Shown here: piece after piece, positions 1 to 13,813 of the stretch
Numbering within the stretch: position 1 is the stretch's first letter
Layout: every line of letters starts with the position of its first letter
Position numbers and translations under genes: made by a program
Notes under the pieces: generated by a model
Database searches by the model: none
Told to the model about the DNA's origin: nothing
What the model saw: the letters and a program-made list of their open reading frames with translations, nothing else
Sequence record: MH494197.1
Strand: one strand, 5' to 3'
DNA: 64,000 nt

Positions 1-3000
1 GAAGAAGCTTTTCATAAAAAGATTGCCTGAGTGGATGCAAGGCTTAGAAGATATTCAGAAAGTCAGTGATGATGTTATCCAACAATGGTTTAATCCGGCT
101 GAAAACGAATTAGTTGACGGCTACATTGGTGACATGGGTTCTCCGGCAGCAGCAGGGAACATCTTCTTACACGAGTCAACAGTCGCACGTCAACTATATC
201 AGTTGTCCTCTGCGTATGTCTCAAGAAATGATGACTCCAGCATTCGTTCAATTCAATTTTATGATGATCTAGTTGGTTATATGAATCATTACGGTGCACT
301 AACCGAAAATGAAAGCCGTTTGTTTAATGGTAAGTTCTATTCATGGACCCACCAATTAACCCAAATAAAATGAACAACTACAGTTCATACCTATGGGATT
401 CCAAGAATAGCTATAATATCACAACTCCAGATTATATTGTAATGGAACGTGGTGCAGAAAATGGTAACACTTGGTCACTACAAAACTTCTGGTACACATT
501 AGGTGAAACTTTAGAAGATGGTACAATCCTAACTGAAGAACTAATGCAAGATTCCGTTTTGTTCGTGCTCGTGCTCCAATTATCGAATACAATAAAAATA
601 TCGAACTAATGAACTACGGTACTAAATTCCGTGGACAGTTGATTTGTTCTCTGATATTATTAAACCTGAAGATATCGTACAAAAAGATATTAACAGCGGT
701 ATACGTATTGATGGTATTATTCCACAAGATGGTATGCGTATTCTTTTCACCAGTATTGGTAACAATGGTGAAAACAACCGAATTTATAAAGTATATGTTA
801 AACGTATGCAAGATGGAACACGTGTGTATGGTCTAGCATTAGACCCAGACGAAGAATCTGAAAGCCGTCCGAGTGGTGAACCACAAGATGGTGACGTAGT
901 TCTTATTATCAAAGGTAATGAATTTGGTAACAGTTCCATGTATTGGGACGGTTCTCATTGATTCAAGCACAGTCTAAAACTTCTGTGAACGTATTTCCAC
1001 AATTCCAATTGTATGACCGTAATGGTGTTAAACTAAACAACACTACTACCTATCCATCAAGTACTTTTACTGGTTCTTCATTATTTGGTTTTAAAATTAA
1101 CTATAATTATGCAACCGATAGCGTTTATGGTTATAACATTGAACTGGGTGATTACAATTATTACACCTATGAGAATTTCCTACAATCAACTCGTTATACT
1201 TACGAGCATTTGGGTGTGGAAGTTGAAATTGATGGACTATATTACTATAACGTAATTGGTGAAGGTAATACAATGAACCTAGAAACTGATTGGGTTCGTA
1301 GTACTGAATACTCCAAACAATATGTTAAACAAACTCCACAGGTTGAACGTACAGTAATGTTCCGCGTGTTCAGTACTGTTTATGACATGGAAAGTTTCAA
1401 AGAACCAGTTGAAGGAATGTATGCTTATGTAATTGAAGTTGACCGAACTTATCAATATTACAAAGCAGAACGTGAAACATATCTTGATTGGCATGTTATC
1501 GTTGGTGATGGAGTACAAAGCGTTAAGTACAATCATACATTTGAATTGGCACAAAAGTACTAGATAATTCTGATGATATTATCGAACTAGTTGTTGATGG
1601 TGTGGAAATAAAAGAATACACCAAAACTGTAGTTAATAATCAAGTACAAAGTATTACAATTGATAGCTCTGTTGATTTGGATGAAGATTCTGTTGTACAA
1701 ATCAGAACTTATAGTAGCACTATCACTCCTAATAAAGAGTTGGGTGCATATGAAGTTCCAATTAACCTACAAAATAACCCATATAATTCAAACATTGAAT
1801 ACATCAACCAAGGTGATTACACCTGCACTTCCAAGATATTATTCAAAAGAATATTACATCTGGTTCTGCTGATGACTTTAACAATTACGAAGAACGTTTG
1901 GCTGCTGGTTTGGTTAATAATGGTGTAGGTACTAAAATTATTCAAAACGAAGCGTCTATGCTACCACTAATGGCACATACCGCTAATGAAGATATTGATT
2001 TGTTTGAATCAATCATGTTTATGCAAGCAGAATACTTCCGCTTCATCAACAAGTTCAACACTCAAATGCTTCGTTTGTATGAAGAAGACCCAAGTGCATT
2101 TCTTGGTAATAGTGCATCAAACATCGTAGATGCGATTCTAACAGCTATTAATATGGGACGTGATAGTACATTCCCATTCTACTATGACAACGTTGCAAGC
2201 ACTGCTGGGTTTATTCGTGCATTTGTCCCACCAACTCCACAGTTCTTGGGTATTTTGCAAGCTTATACGCCACAAAAAGCAACATTCTTAACTGCTGGTA
2301 GTAAATCTAGCTGGTATAATATCAGTCATACTGGTATTATTTCAAAAGCATACCGTGTTATCAATGGTGTTGATAAAATGGATGACGTTGTTTTCGAATT
2401 GGAGAATCGTATCTTTAATAGTATTGACCTTACTTTCAAGGATATTGATTATAAACCAGTACTAAACAGTGAAGACCTATTCCCAACTCCATATTTCACT
2501 GGTACTGATTATAGTGCAGAAGAAAAGAAAACTCTATTGCTACGTGGTTACATTAACTTCACAGCAACCAATGGTATTAGTAACAGTACTCATGATTATG
2601 ATGCAAATAACTGGAGAACTTGGAACTATACTGGTAGTTATTATGTTGTTGATGGTCAGCGTACTGAAATTCCTGCTCGTGGTTCATGGCGTGCAATCTA
2701 TACTGATCAATACGGAACATATCGTCCAGCAACCCACCCGTGGGAAATGATGGGCTTCTCTCAACGTCCTACTTGGTGGAACCAAGAATACGAACCAACC
2801 GCAGTTCAAGTTGGTGAACGTGAGGGTGATGTTGTTTATGTGTATGAAGCACTAGTAATGAATGAAAGTGGTGATTTGGTCCCAAGTGGATTGTGGGATA
2901 TTGATGGTACTATCGGTGACAGCAGCACTGGCACTATTTTGTCCGGTGAACGCCGTGGTCAATATGACAAATACAAGCGTTTCGGTGTACAGCCATTTAA

Positions 3001-6000
3001 AATCACTAAGACTGGCGAGAAAACCAGTACTGGTATTGATATTTGTGAAGTTGAGTATATTGCACCTGAAGTTTTAGGTCTTGTTAGTGGTAATTTGGAT
3101 CATCGTGCAGAACCGTGGGCTTATGGTGACATGGGTGACATGGAATTCACTTACATGAACACTGCGATGTTTGCTTATGACCAAATGCTTCTTCTATACA
3201 AAGCAAAACCAGCACAGTTTGCAAACTATTACTGGGATACCCGTAATGATAACCTTAAACCAGTTTATACTGATGGTTCACAGTTCCTTTATGGTGAAAC
3301 TCGTAAGCGTCTAAACTTTGACAGTACTACATTAGTACATGGTGAGAAAAACACCCGTACTATCGGTTATCAAATGTTTGTTAGTGACTATTTGATGTAT
3401 CAGAACAAGAACATTACCACCAAATACGGTGACGTTGTTCGTTCTTCTTATGTTAATGTTGCTCACAAAATTGGTGGCTTTACTAAAGCAGACCAATTGA
3501 CATTCACTGCTAAATCTTTCGGTTTGATTTCACAAGAAAACCAAACTATCGGTCTAGTTCGTTCCAATAACATTCGCGATGAGCAAATGAGTGCAGTAAA
3601 AATTACTTGGAATGGTAGTGCATATCAAATTGATGGTTATGATTTAGTTGGTGCTAAATTTAAATATAAAATTCCAGTTAAAAATGGAAGAAAAGTAACT
3701 CTTAAATTGGAAGACAGAACTGTTGTTCATTACAATGAATGGAAATCTGAAGGTACATTAGAATATGGTAAAATATTCAATACATACCAAGAAGTTTATA
3801 CTTTCATTTGTGGATATGGTGAATATCTAAAAGAACATGGCTGGATTTTTGAAGATGTAAATGATAGTGGTGCTCAACAAGACTGGACAACTATTGCTAA
3901 AGACTTTGTTATTTGGAGTCAGAATAATTTAAGTACTGGTGAGTTCATCTCCTGTACTCCAAGTGCAGCTAATGCTAAATTTGGTGCAGATTTTGGTTCA
4001 GTTCAATCTGTTACACAGAACAGTGGTGGTGTTTGGTCATTACTTGATGATGAAAACCAAGGTATCCGTCAATATGAAATCGAAACGTCGCGTATCGGTA
4101 ACGTATTCACAGTGAGAACTACATCCGAATCACAAAACGTATGGCGTTGATTCGTTTGAGCCTAAGTTCATATGAACACGCAGTTGTTTTGATGATAAAA
4201 CTATCTTTGGCGATTACATTTACCAACCAACTTATGGTGCTATTCAAGAATTGATTAAAATGTATGGTTACATTACTGGGTCATGGACTGGTCGCCTACA
4301 AGCACCGGTTTCATTATCCTAGAAGCAGGAACTTTACCATCATTTGAAAAATTAGTAACTGATTTTGAATTATATTATAATAGTGAAACTCCTGTGAGTG
4401 ATGTTCAGCTTCAAGAGTTATCAAATCACTTGATTGGCTATCAAACTCGTGATTATCTACAACGTATGATTAGTAGTGATGTTAGTCGTGTTGATTTCTA
4501 TAAAGGATTCATTCATGACAAAGGTACTAACCAAGTAATGGAAAAAGTACTCGCGTTTCTAAATCTTACGACACTGATGAATATAAAGCACTACAGGAAT
4601 GGGCATTTAAGATTGGCACTTATGGTAATATCAATGGTAAGAAAAATCTACAATTTAAACTAATCAATGACCAATTTAAACAACAACCACAGATGGTTTC
4701 GTTTGATGTTAATGCTACATCAAATGGTACTGGTAATGGTATTGTTTATTACGGTGAACAAGGGGTTGACTCACGCTGGATTACTCGTCCAAATGGTAAG
4801 TTTTCATTCCCAATGCGTAGTGGAAGAAGTGAGAATATCCAACTTCCAGACATTGGTCCTGTAACACTAGATGAAATTTCATACGTTACTAAAGATTTCA
4901 GTACTGCATATAATGATCGTATCAATTATATGAATAACAGTGGTGAAATCCCAGATTCTGTATGGATGTTTAAAGATGGTAATGATTTGTGGAATATTTT
5001 CGAACTAGTAGACACTGAAGTTGAGATGCTCTCTATCGTTCCAATTGAAAATACCGATGTATATGCAGAACAATTCTGTAAAGTAACTCTAAGTGATGAT
5101 ATCCCACTAAATGATGGTGATTATTATTACTTTGTTGATGAAACTAACTTTATGCCAGATACATTGACTATAGAAAGTCAATATTATACTGCGGGTAATG
5201 ACCCTAGAGTTATGGTAGTTCCGTTTGACACTTCAATCACTATTGACTTCACTGATCCTGATACTCGCCCACGCTTGTATCGTTATGTTTCACGATTCAG
5301 TACTGAAGAGATGCGTCAGGAATACATTGACAGAAAATATAGTTTTAAAGCTCCACAAAGTACTTTGTTTGACCGCCCAACCACATATGATGAGCGTACT
5401 AACATTACTGCGTTGTACCTAAACGTGTTTGACCCAATCAACGGTGTTATTCCGGTGCAGCGATGCAGAACGTTACCTACACATCTCCAGTTGACCCAGC
5501 ACAATACAACAGCAATGGTGAATTGATTCAAGCATGGGGTGCTGATAAAGTTGGTCAGGTTTGGTGGAACACCAGCACTGCTTTCTACTTAGATTACACT
5601 CGTGCAATCTATGATGCTGATGGTAATGTGGATGTTGATGCAACAAATGAATATAAACGTTATAACTGGGGCAGATTGCTACCGCACAGTACTGTTGATG
5701 TTCTTGAATGGGTATGTTCGCCAGTTGAACCATATAACTGGGACAAATACTGCAAAGACGTTGCTAACAAAAATAAAACAACACTATGTACCTACCAAGT
5801 GGAACCGCATTGGAAGATAATTATAGTACGTTCTTAGAATATGATAGCACAACTGATACTTATGTTACAAAATACTATTTCTGGGTACGTGATACAATCT
5901 ATGTACCACCATTGCATTCCAGAACTAAATCTTGTACTGATATTGCTCGTATTATTAAAGAACCAGCACAGCTTAACATTCCTTGGTTTGCACCAATCAA

Positions 6001-9000
6001 TGAAAGCTCGTTCATTCTAAGTAATATGCAATTTGAAGTCAACGATGACACAAGTATTTTAACTGTTTCTTATTACATGGATAATACTGAAGTTATTAAA
6101 CATGACCAGTATCAATTATGTAAAGAAGGTGATAGCTATAACTTCAATCCATCAATCTGGACTTCTATGTGGAATTCTATGATCGGTCAAGAAACTACTG
6201 AATCAGGAACTGTTATTGATTTACTATATCCTTTAGTACCAAACGGTTTAGGTTCTAATAAGACTTGGTTCCAAGATGTAATTGAAGCTCGTAGAAACTT
6301 TGTAGAAAGTGCAAATAACTATTATCGCTCACAGAATATAACAACTAACACTGTTCTAATGGACGAAGTGTTTAATGTTAAAACTACTGAAGTTAACCCG
6401 AATGAAGTATCATATCGTGTACTAACTTACAATAGTGAATTAGTCATTGCACCTGAAAGTGACAAGTTCAAAGAAAACGACGCAGTACTAGTAAGTACTA
6501 GTGGTGTATTACCTAACCCACTATCAACTAGCTCTGTATATTTTGTGCATATTGATGCTAATGGTTATATTCATCTAATGAATAGTCCATCAAGTGCTGG
6601 TAGTGTGGTTACCATTACATTGGAAAACCGTGGTGAAGGTCAACAGAAAATGATTAAACAATCAGACTATGTTGAAGCACTAGGAACTTCATTGGACATG
6701 ACCCAGTACTGGTCACTAGCAGATTGGTATGATATTGGCTACGATAAAAATACTGCATATACACAAGAATCCAGCCTAGAAGATGCAAACACTAAGAACT
6801 ATCAAGTTGGCGACATTATCAGAATTACAGATGTTGATGGCATCTGGACATTGTACATTAAAGCACAATCACGTGATTCAGTTTACTGGAAAGCAATTGG
6901 TCGTGAAAATAGTACAGTTGAATTGAATGATATGTTATACGCTGACTATACAGTTCGTGATGCTAATGGTTCGTTGAGTAATCGTGAGATTAACGTTCGT
7001 AAAGCACTAGCTTTATTGAAGAACTCATTCGACTTACATCAGAGTGAAATTGTGTTTGATATGGTTAAGTATGTTCACGTAGAACAAAGCGTTGTTGATT
7101 GGGTATTCAAAACATCTTACATTTATATTGTAGGTTTAGAACAATCATTAGTACAGAACTATTCCAACGACAACTTGATTAATCAAATCGTTGAGTACTT
7201 TGAAGAAGTTAAACCATATAGAACTAAGATTCGTTCCCAGATTGAACAGAAAACTTCAGATGATGATTTAATTAAAGGTTTGTGTAATGATTTAGATCCT
7301 AATGGCTATATATTTGCAGATGGGACTTGGGTTAAAACGGAAAAAGACATTTGGGATTATGAATATGCTCAATTCAATGAGGTAACTCAACGTTGGGAGC
7401 AAGTTGGTGAATTGCCAAGTGATTTCGTAGCACCTAATCGCCGTTTCCAAGAAATTGATGTTATCATGCACTACGACAACACTCAATGTAAACCAAATGA
7501 TAATTTGGCAAGTGTTGATGTATTGGAAGAAGTGAATAAGAAATATCAATCTAATGCACAAGATGTTGTTAGTAATTTTGAATTACAACGTTACAAATAT
7601 ACATTCCCAGAATACAGTGATGAAGATTTCGACCTATTGGTTGCTTATCAGATGCAATTGTATTACCCAGAATTGAACGTAACTCTAGGGATTGCTTACG
7701 GTGTTAACCAATGGTATGCAGACCATGCAGATGATTTGGTAGCAACCGCAGAATTCACAGAAACGTTGAATCGTGTATATAAAGAATCAACACAAAATGA
7801 AATGTTTAATGACGTAAATCATTACGTTCAGTATAACACACTCTCTAACCGTTTGAAATTGTACACAGGTGCAGATGATGAAGTAATTCATGATGAAGTT
7901 GGATGTGGATTTAGTGGGTTAACCTATGATGATAATCCAAGCACCAGACTACCGTTTGGTTATGCATCCAGTACTGATTATAACTTTGGTTACTTTGAAG
8001 TTAGTAGTGAGTTGTATAAAAGTATGTTTCTTTAATTAAAGAAAACAATACTACTGCAACTGATGATGAAGTTAGAATTATACTTGAAGTTGAATATGGT
8101 GTTTATTCATATCGCCATGTAGATGAAGATGGAAATCAACGATTCTACAATGACGCAATTCATGTATTGTCCGGTATGCGTGGTTTGTATGACAAAGATG
8201 CTACCGACCATTATGAAAAGGCTGAAGAAATACTAAGTAGAATGCCTATTGATATTCATGCATTTACTATGATGCCACGAAAATATGTTTATGTTAATGT
8301 TAATGGTGTATACGAGAGTATCCCAGATGACCAAAGCATTGATGATTTCATGGAAGACAAATTCATAACTGACGGTCAACTAGTTCAATTGGCAGAAATA
8401 AATCTTGATGACTTACCTCTTGATAGAAATAACCCAATGTACAGTGATTATCAGCACATCCTAGATAGCATCACCGATGCTAAGTACTACGATGATATGA
8501 ATGCATTTGATAACCTAGCACTTGAATCACAAACTTCCGAGTTAAAATGGGAAGTTGAAGGTGACGAAGTAGATCCGTACATAATCGACATTTCTGATAT
8601 TAACCCATCAGGAAGAAAGATTGGTCAGATTCGCTTCACAGTTGATGGTTATGGATTCAATAGTGTTTCACTAGTTCAATTGAGAGACAATAGTAGATAT
8701 AAAACTGAAGGTATGGTTATTATCAACCCTTATAAAACAACAGAAGCAATTGTTAGTATTCCTTCTTACGCTAAGATTGAAAATGATATTAGTAAATCAT
8801 ACAGTAAGTATGATGAAAAATACTTCTATAAAATTAAATCAATTGTTAGTGATACAGAAGCTGAAGTAATTGACAATACCCTATCTGATGGTGATAAGGT
8901 TATGATATTCACAACTGATGGTGAAGATTATGTGAGATACCAAAACAATGCATGGGAAACCATCTTGAGTGTATCAAAAATCAAAACTGACACCACACCA

Positions 9001-9907
9001 ACCTTGTACACAGTAAGAAACACTGCGAACGGAACTGTAGAACTACTAGATAGTACTGGAGTTGTACTTCGTTATGATAACATCACTAAACAACAACAGA
9101 ATGAACCAGCAATACCTCTAGCATTGAACATCGTTCGTATTAGAACCTTTGCTGATCCAGAATTCTTGGTTGATGGTGTTAAGTTGTATGAAACAAATAG
9201 AAACTATGCTATCGACGCAATGAACTATGAAGTATTCTACGACACAACACTATACGGTGGTTCTTATAATGATGGAATTACACCAGATGACGTTGATGTT
9301 TGGGTAGTGTCTAACGAGATATTTGAAGTTGATGGTGTTACCATTGATAACGGATATAACTTACCAATTACTGGTGCAGGTGTTCTTAGTGAGTTAGTGA
9401 GAACCAAAATGACTGATAGTGTGGAAATTAACGTGTTCGAGTATGATGTTGGTATTATTCAACCAGTACTGAATACTGAAGGGGTATGGGAATATGCATA
9501 TCCACTAGTTAGTGATACATATATTGGTGTAGTTGGTGGAACAGTAACTAACATTACTGCTATCAGTGAAGAAAATGCTACTTATGTTTCACAACCAGAT
9601 TCAGTTAGTCCATATAGTGTTACTAATAATGTTCTATCTGGTGCTGGTGCAAGTATGAATGATATTATTTCTCTTGGTTTTGAAAAAGTTGAAGTACGTT
9701 TTGCAAATAACTACTCCGTGGGTAATGTATAGTGCAGAACACGACTTTAAAGAGAATGTGACATATTCATTTAATGGCTTGAACTTAGGTAAAGTTAATT
9801 TACTAAAACGTTATAGTGTTAACAGTTATCCAATCGAACTATCTGTTTACTCCGATAGTTTGCAAATAAGTGGTAATGACATTAAAAATCTATTAGAAGT
9901 TAAATAA
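1..9907 (+). CDS. Giant virion structural protein, probable baseplate wedge subunit (>3300 aa, 5' end outside window; reconstructed across many frameshifts)
   Basis: Successive ORFs 23..373 through 9659..9907 rejoin when single bases are restored. Examples: 1555 CAAAA(A)GTACTAGAT gives QKVLDNSDD; 4135-4310 gives HAVVFDDKTIFGDYIYQP...WTGRLQAPGFIILE; 5452 gives GVIPGAAMQNVTY; 8033 CTT(T)TAATT. Ends at a strong terminator. Product inferred from size, LPEWM / YSW-P / VKPYRTKIR motifs and late-gene context. Confidence 0.7.
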
Positions 9908-9908
9908 C

Positions 9909-9940
9909 AAAAGGAGAGCATTTGCTCTCCTTTTCTTTTT
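9909..9940. terminator. Bidirectional rho-independent terminator
   Basis: AAAAGGAGAGCA-TT-TGCTCTCCTTTT followed by a T-run, between convergent genes. Confidence 0.85.
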
Positions 9941-12216
9941 ACGCAATAACTTTTTCTATTGCTTTAGTTCGTTTAGGTTTGATAGCCAATTTACCATCAA
10001 TCACATCAAACGTTACGTTACCACCATTAACCAGAGAACCACACAACATCTCTTTAGCTAGTGGAACACGGATGTTTTGCTCAATAGTGCGTTTCATTGG
10101 ACGTGCACCCATCCCAACTTTAACACCATTTGTTGCCAACCACTCACGTGCCGCTTTAGTCAGGAAACTTTAACTTTGCGGTCTTTGATTTGTTCATTCA
10201 GACTACCCATGAACTTATCAATGATGCTGTCAATCGCTTCGCTGCTTAGGTCTTTGAATGTCACAATACTATCGATACGGTTGATGAATTCAGGTGGCAA
10301 GAATGCTTTAATCGCTTTATCTTGTGCTGTATCACTACCGCTCATCCCAATACTACGCTTGGTTGAATCTGCTGCACCAAGGTTAGTTGTCATAATAACA
10401 GTTACGTTATTGAAGTAAACAGTTTTACCTTGTGAACCAGTCAAACGTCCTTCGTCCAGAACCTGTAGGAAGGTTAGTAGTACTTTACGATCAGCTTTTT
10501 CGATTTCATCAAGCAACAGTACTGCATTCGGGAACTGCTCAATCTTGTCGAGTAGCAGACCGTTACCGGAATCGTGACCAACATAGCCGGAGGTGAACCA
10601 ATCAGTTTAGCAACAGTATGTTCCTGTGAAAACTCGGACATATCGAAACGAATCAGTTCAGAGCCAGTTGCATCAGCCAGTGCTTTGGTAATTTCAGTTT
10701 TACCAGTACCAGATGGCCCAACAAACATGAATGCACCTTGAACACTTGATTTATCACGCAGACCAGCACGAGCTACCATCACGTTATCAACCAGTTTCTG
10801 TACTGCTTCTTCTTGACCGTATACACGAGAACGTAGTGCATCTGGTAGATTACGCATACGTTCACTTTCAGTGCAAGCAACCACGTTAATATCTAGGTTT
10901 GCGATACCTGCAACAACTTCTTGAATCAGTGCAACAGTGATGATGTTATCATCAGTTTCACGAGAACGTACTTTCGCTGCTGCCGCATCCATTAGGTCGA
11001 TTGCTTTGTCAGGGAAGTGTTTGTTCTTCAGGAACTTATCACTTAGTGTAATAACTGCATCCATTGCTTCAGTACTGAACTCTACGTTATGGAAAGTTTC
11101 ATAAGTAGATTTCAAACCATTCACAATCGCACGGGTTTCATCAATTGTTGGCTCAACTACATCAATTTTCATGAAACGGCGAGTTAGTGCACTATCTTTT
11201 CGATGTTTTACGATATTCATCGTAAGTTGTTGCACCGATTACACGAATCTCACCACGAGATAGTGCAGGTTTGAGCATGTTACTCATATCCATAGAACCG
11301 TTGCTTGCTGAACCAGCACCAACCATAATATGGATTTCATCGATGAACACAATAGTGTTTTCACGTTTCTTCAGTTCTTTGAGTAGGTTATCGATACGTT
11401 CTTCGAACTCACCACGGTACTTAGTACCAGCAGTCAGTGCACCTACGTTCAGAGACAGAATTTCAACATCTTTAAGATGCTCTGGTACTTCACCATCAGC
11501 GATTGCCTGTGCTAGACCATCAATGATTTGAGTTTTACCAACACCAGCTTCACCAGTCAGGATGGCATTCTTCTTAGTCTTACGGGCCAGAGTTTCAATC
11601 AGTGCAGAAAGCTCTTTCTGGCGACCAATCATTGGTCAAGTTTACCTTCTTTGCAAGTGCGGTTAGGTTAGTGGTGTAATCTTCTAAACCTTTTGTTTGG
11701 ACGATGGTTGTTGTTGTGCCACTTTTTCTCCCCAGTTGGCTCATCACTAATGCTTTGAAGGTTGATTCCGTTGTCGATTGCTTCTACGTGCTTCTGTAAA
11801 GTTCGTGCTGCTTCAGTACAAGTGATACCCTCTTCACGCAATGCTGCTTCTAGTGCAGTATTTGGGAATGACAAACACTCAAACAGTACAAAATAAGCAT
11901 CAATTGAGAAATCATCACGTTTAAGTTGCTCAATTACTGATTTCTTAGAAAGTTCCTGAACTACACGGTTCACAAGAAGTGATGTGCGGTTCGCTTCATC
12001 ACCATCAGCACTTTTAGGTGCATGTGGAATGTTGTATTTTTCAGATATGCAATCAAACGACCGTGTAGGTTGTCTGCATCGATGTTCATATCTTCAAATA
12101 CTGCTTTGATGCTATCGATTGTCAGTACTGTAGCACTTAGATGGTCAATAGTCAAGAAGGTATGACCCAGAGAAGTTGCCAGTTCGTCGCTTTTTGAATA
12201 ATTGGGTAAGATTCAT
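9939..12216 (-). CDS. clpA: ClpA/ClpB-family AAA+ ATPase (ClpA-like), frameshifted in assembly
   Basis: NBD1 GEAGVGKT and IVFIDEIH; KYRGEFEER; [10 protein letters not shown]-like motif; NBD2 [21 protein letters not shown](P)GYVG (restored at 10587), [36 protein letters not shown]. Start ATG 12216 with GGAG RBS. Confidence 0.92.
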
Positions 12217-12254
12217 GTATTCTCCTAAATGAGTAGTCACTCTAATTAATAAAC

Positions 12255-12283
12255 ATTATATCACATTCTTTGCGTTTGTCAAC
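12255..12283 (-). promoter_or_regulatory. Sigma70-like early promoter for clpA
   Basis: Minus strand GTTGACA-aacgcaaagaatgtga-TATAAT (16 nt between hexamers, extended TGn -10). Confidence 0.8.
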
Positions 12284-12287
12284 AAGG

Positions 12288-12293
12288 TAAATA
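12288..12293 (+). promoter_or_regulatory. Putative late promoter (TAAATA) for the neck operon
   Basis: TAAATA about 30 nt upstream of the neck gene; the same hexamer precedes most structural operons in the window, like the T4 late TATAAATA. Confidence 0.55.
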
Positions 12294-12324
12294 AAGATAT
12301 ACCCGATTTATTTTGGAGACAAAC

Positions 12325-13813
12325 ATGGCATATAGAATGTGGAAAAAGGTAGAACCAATGATTACAAGTTCATTGACTCTGCCATAGCAGAACAATACAA
12401 CATCGGTGGTGTTGACATGTGGCTTTATGCCTATGTCGGACCAAAACAAGTCGCTGATAACACTGATTTATCATATGGCGGTGATTATTATGGATCAGAT
12501 AGTACCGTTGTGTCAAGCATTGGTGATTTAATTTTGGTGACACTCCAAGTCGTAACTATAATCTCGAAGCTATCACCTTAAGTTGCGTCTACCAAGTCCA
12601 AGAAGCAACTCCTGACTTGAAAATCCCGATTGTTCTTCAACTTTAACACTATGGACATCACAATTCATTATAACACAATGATTCAGCGTTTGGGAAGAAA
12701 AATTATGCCGTGACGTAATCGAACTTCCTAACTTACGTGATTTTGATGTACTTGGTAAAGATTCTGGTTTAAACCGCTTCTATGTAGTACAAGATGGGTT
12801 TAGAACGTCAGAAGGTTACTCAGTTACATGGCAACATCACATTTACAAACTCCGTGTTAAACCTCTTACTGATTCACCAGAGTACTCTGACCTTCTAGGT
12901 AACAATAACTACCCTGATGACCCAGATGATCCAAACAACGGCAATGGTAATACTGATGATGGCTCTTCAGAGAACAGCAGCTATGGTAATGAAATGGATA
13001 TTATGAACCGTATCATTATGCAAGCTGATGATGAAGTACCATACATTCATTTTACTAACGAACACTTGTTCGATGACAGACCAGATACTGTTGATTTGTC
13101 TAAGTATATGCTAAATGGATACGAATTACCAGAGGAACCAGCAAATAAAATGTATTTCCTCAAGAAAACTTACCCAGTACTGAAAGAACTATCTAATGAT
13201 ACATGGATTTCTGTAGAAGTCAAGCGTGGAACAATCTTTCCTCGCAAACCGATGGATGGTGACTTCTTCTTTAAAGAAAACGAGGCTGATGTCACTGGCT
13301 TCTCATTGTATCAATACGATAAATCTGCCAAAAGTGGCTAAATTGTGATGTTGAGTATACTACAGAAAGCACACCACCACAAGGGGTTGATGATTTTTAT
13401 ATTGAATACAAAGAACCACACATTTATCAGTACTTAAATGGTAAATGGGGAGAACCAGAAGTAACTTACGTTAATGACCCATTCACTTCTAATAGTGTTT
13501 ATGGAAATATCGATTCACAACAAGATTATCGTCCTAAGATTCCTCCAGCACGAGGTACAGTTCCTGAAGGTAACATGTTCCCAAGTGATGCAGTTGATGG
13601 TGATTACTACTATCGTACCGATTATACACCAGTAACCCTATGGGAATACAGTGCGTCCAAGAATTCTTGGGTGATTTTCGATTACGGTGGTAGAAAACCG
13701 TGGAAGGTGCAGATCTTGCTCTAACAGAATTTGTTAATAGCCCGAACCGTGTGCCATTACATGATGCAGTTAAACCTAATACAGTGTATCGTATACATAA
13801 GGATTCAGAATGA
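12325..13813 (+). CDS. Neck / head-closure protein (T4 gp14-like) with C-terminal repeat modules
   Basis: Reconstructed MAYRMWKKGRTNDYKFIDSAIAEQYNIGGVDMWLY...GRKIM(PG)DVIELPNLRDFD...WQHHIYKLRVKPLTDSPEYSDLL; lies directly before the gp15-like gene; stop overlaps next ATG. Confidence 0.7.
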
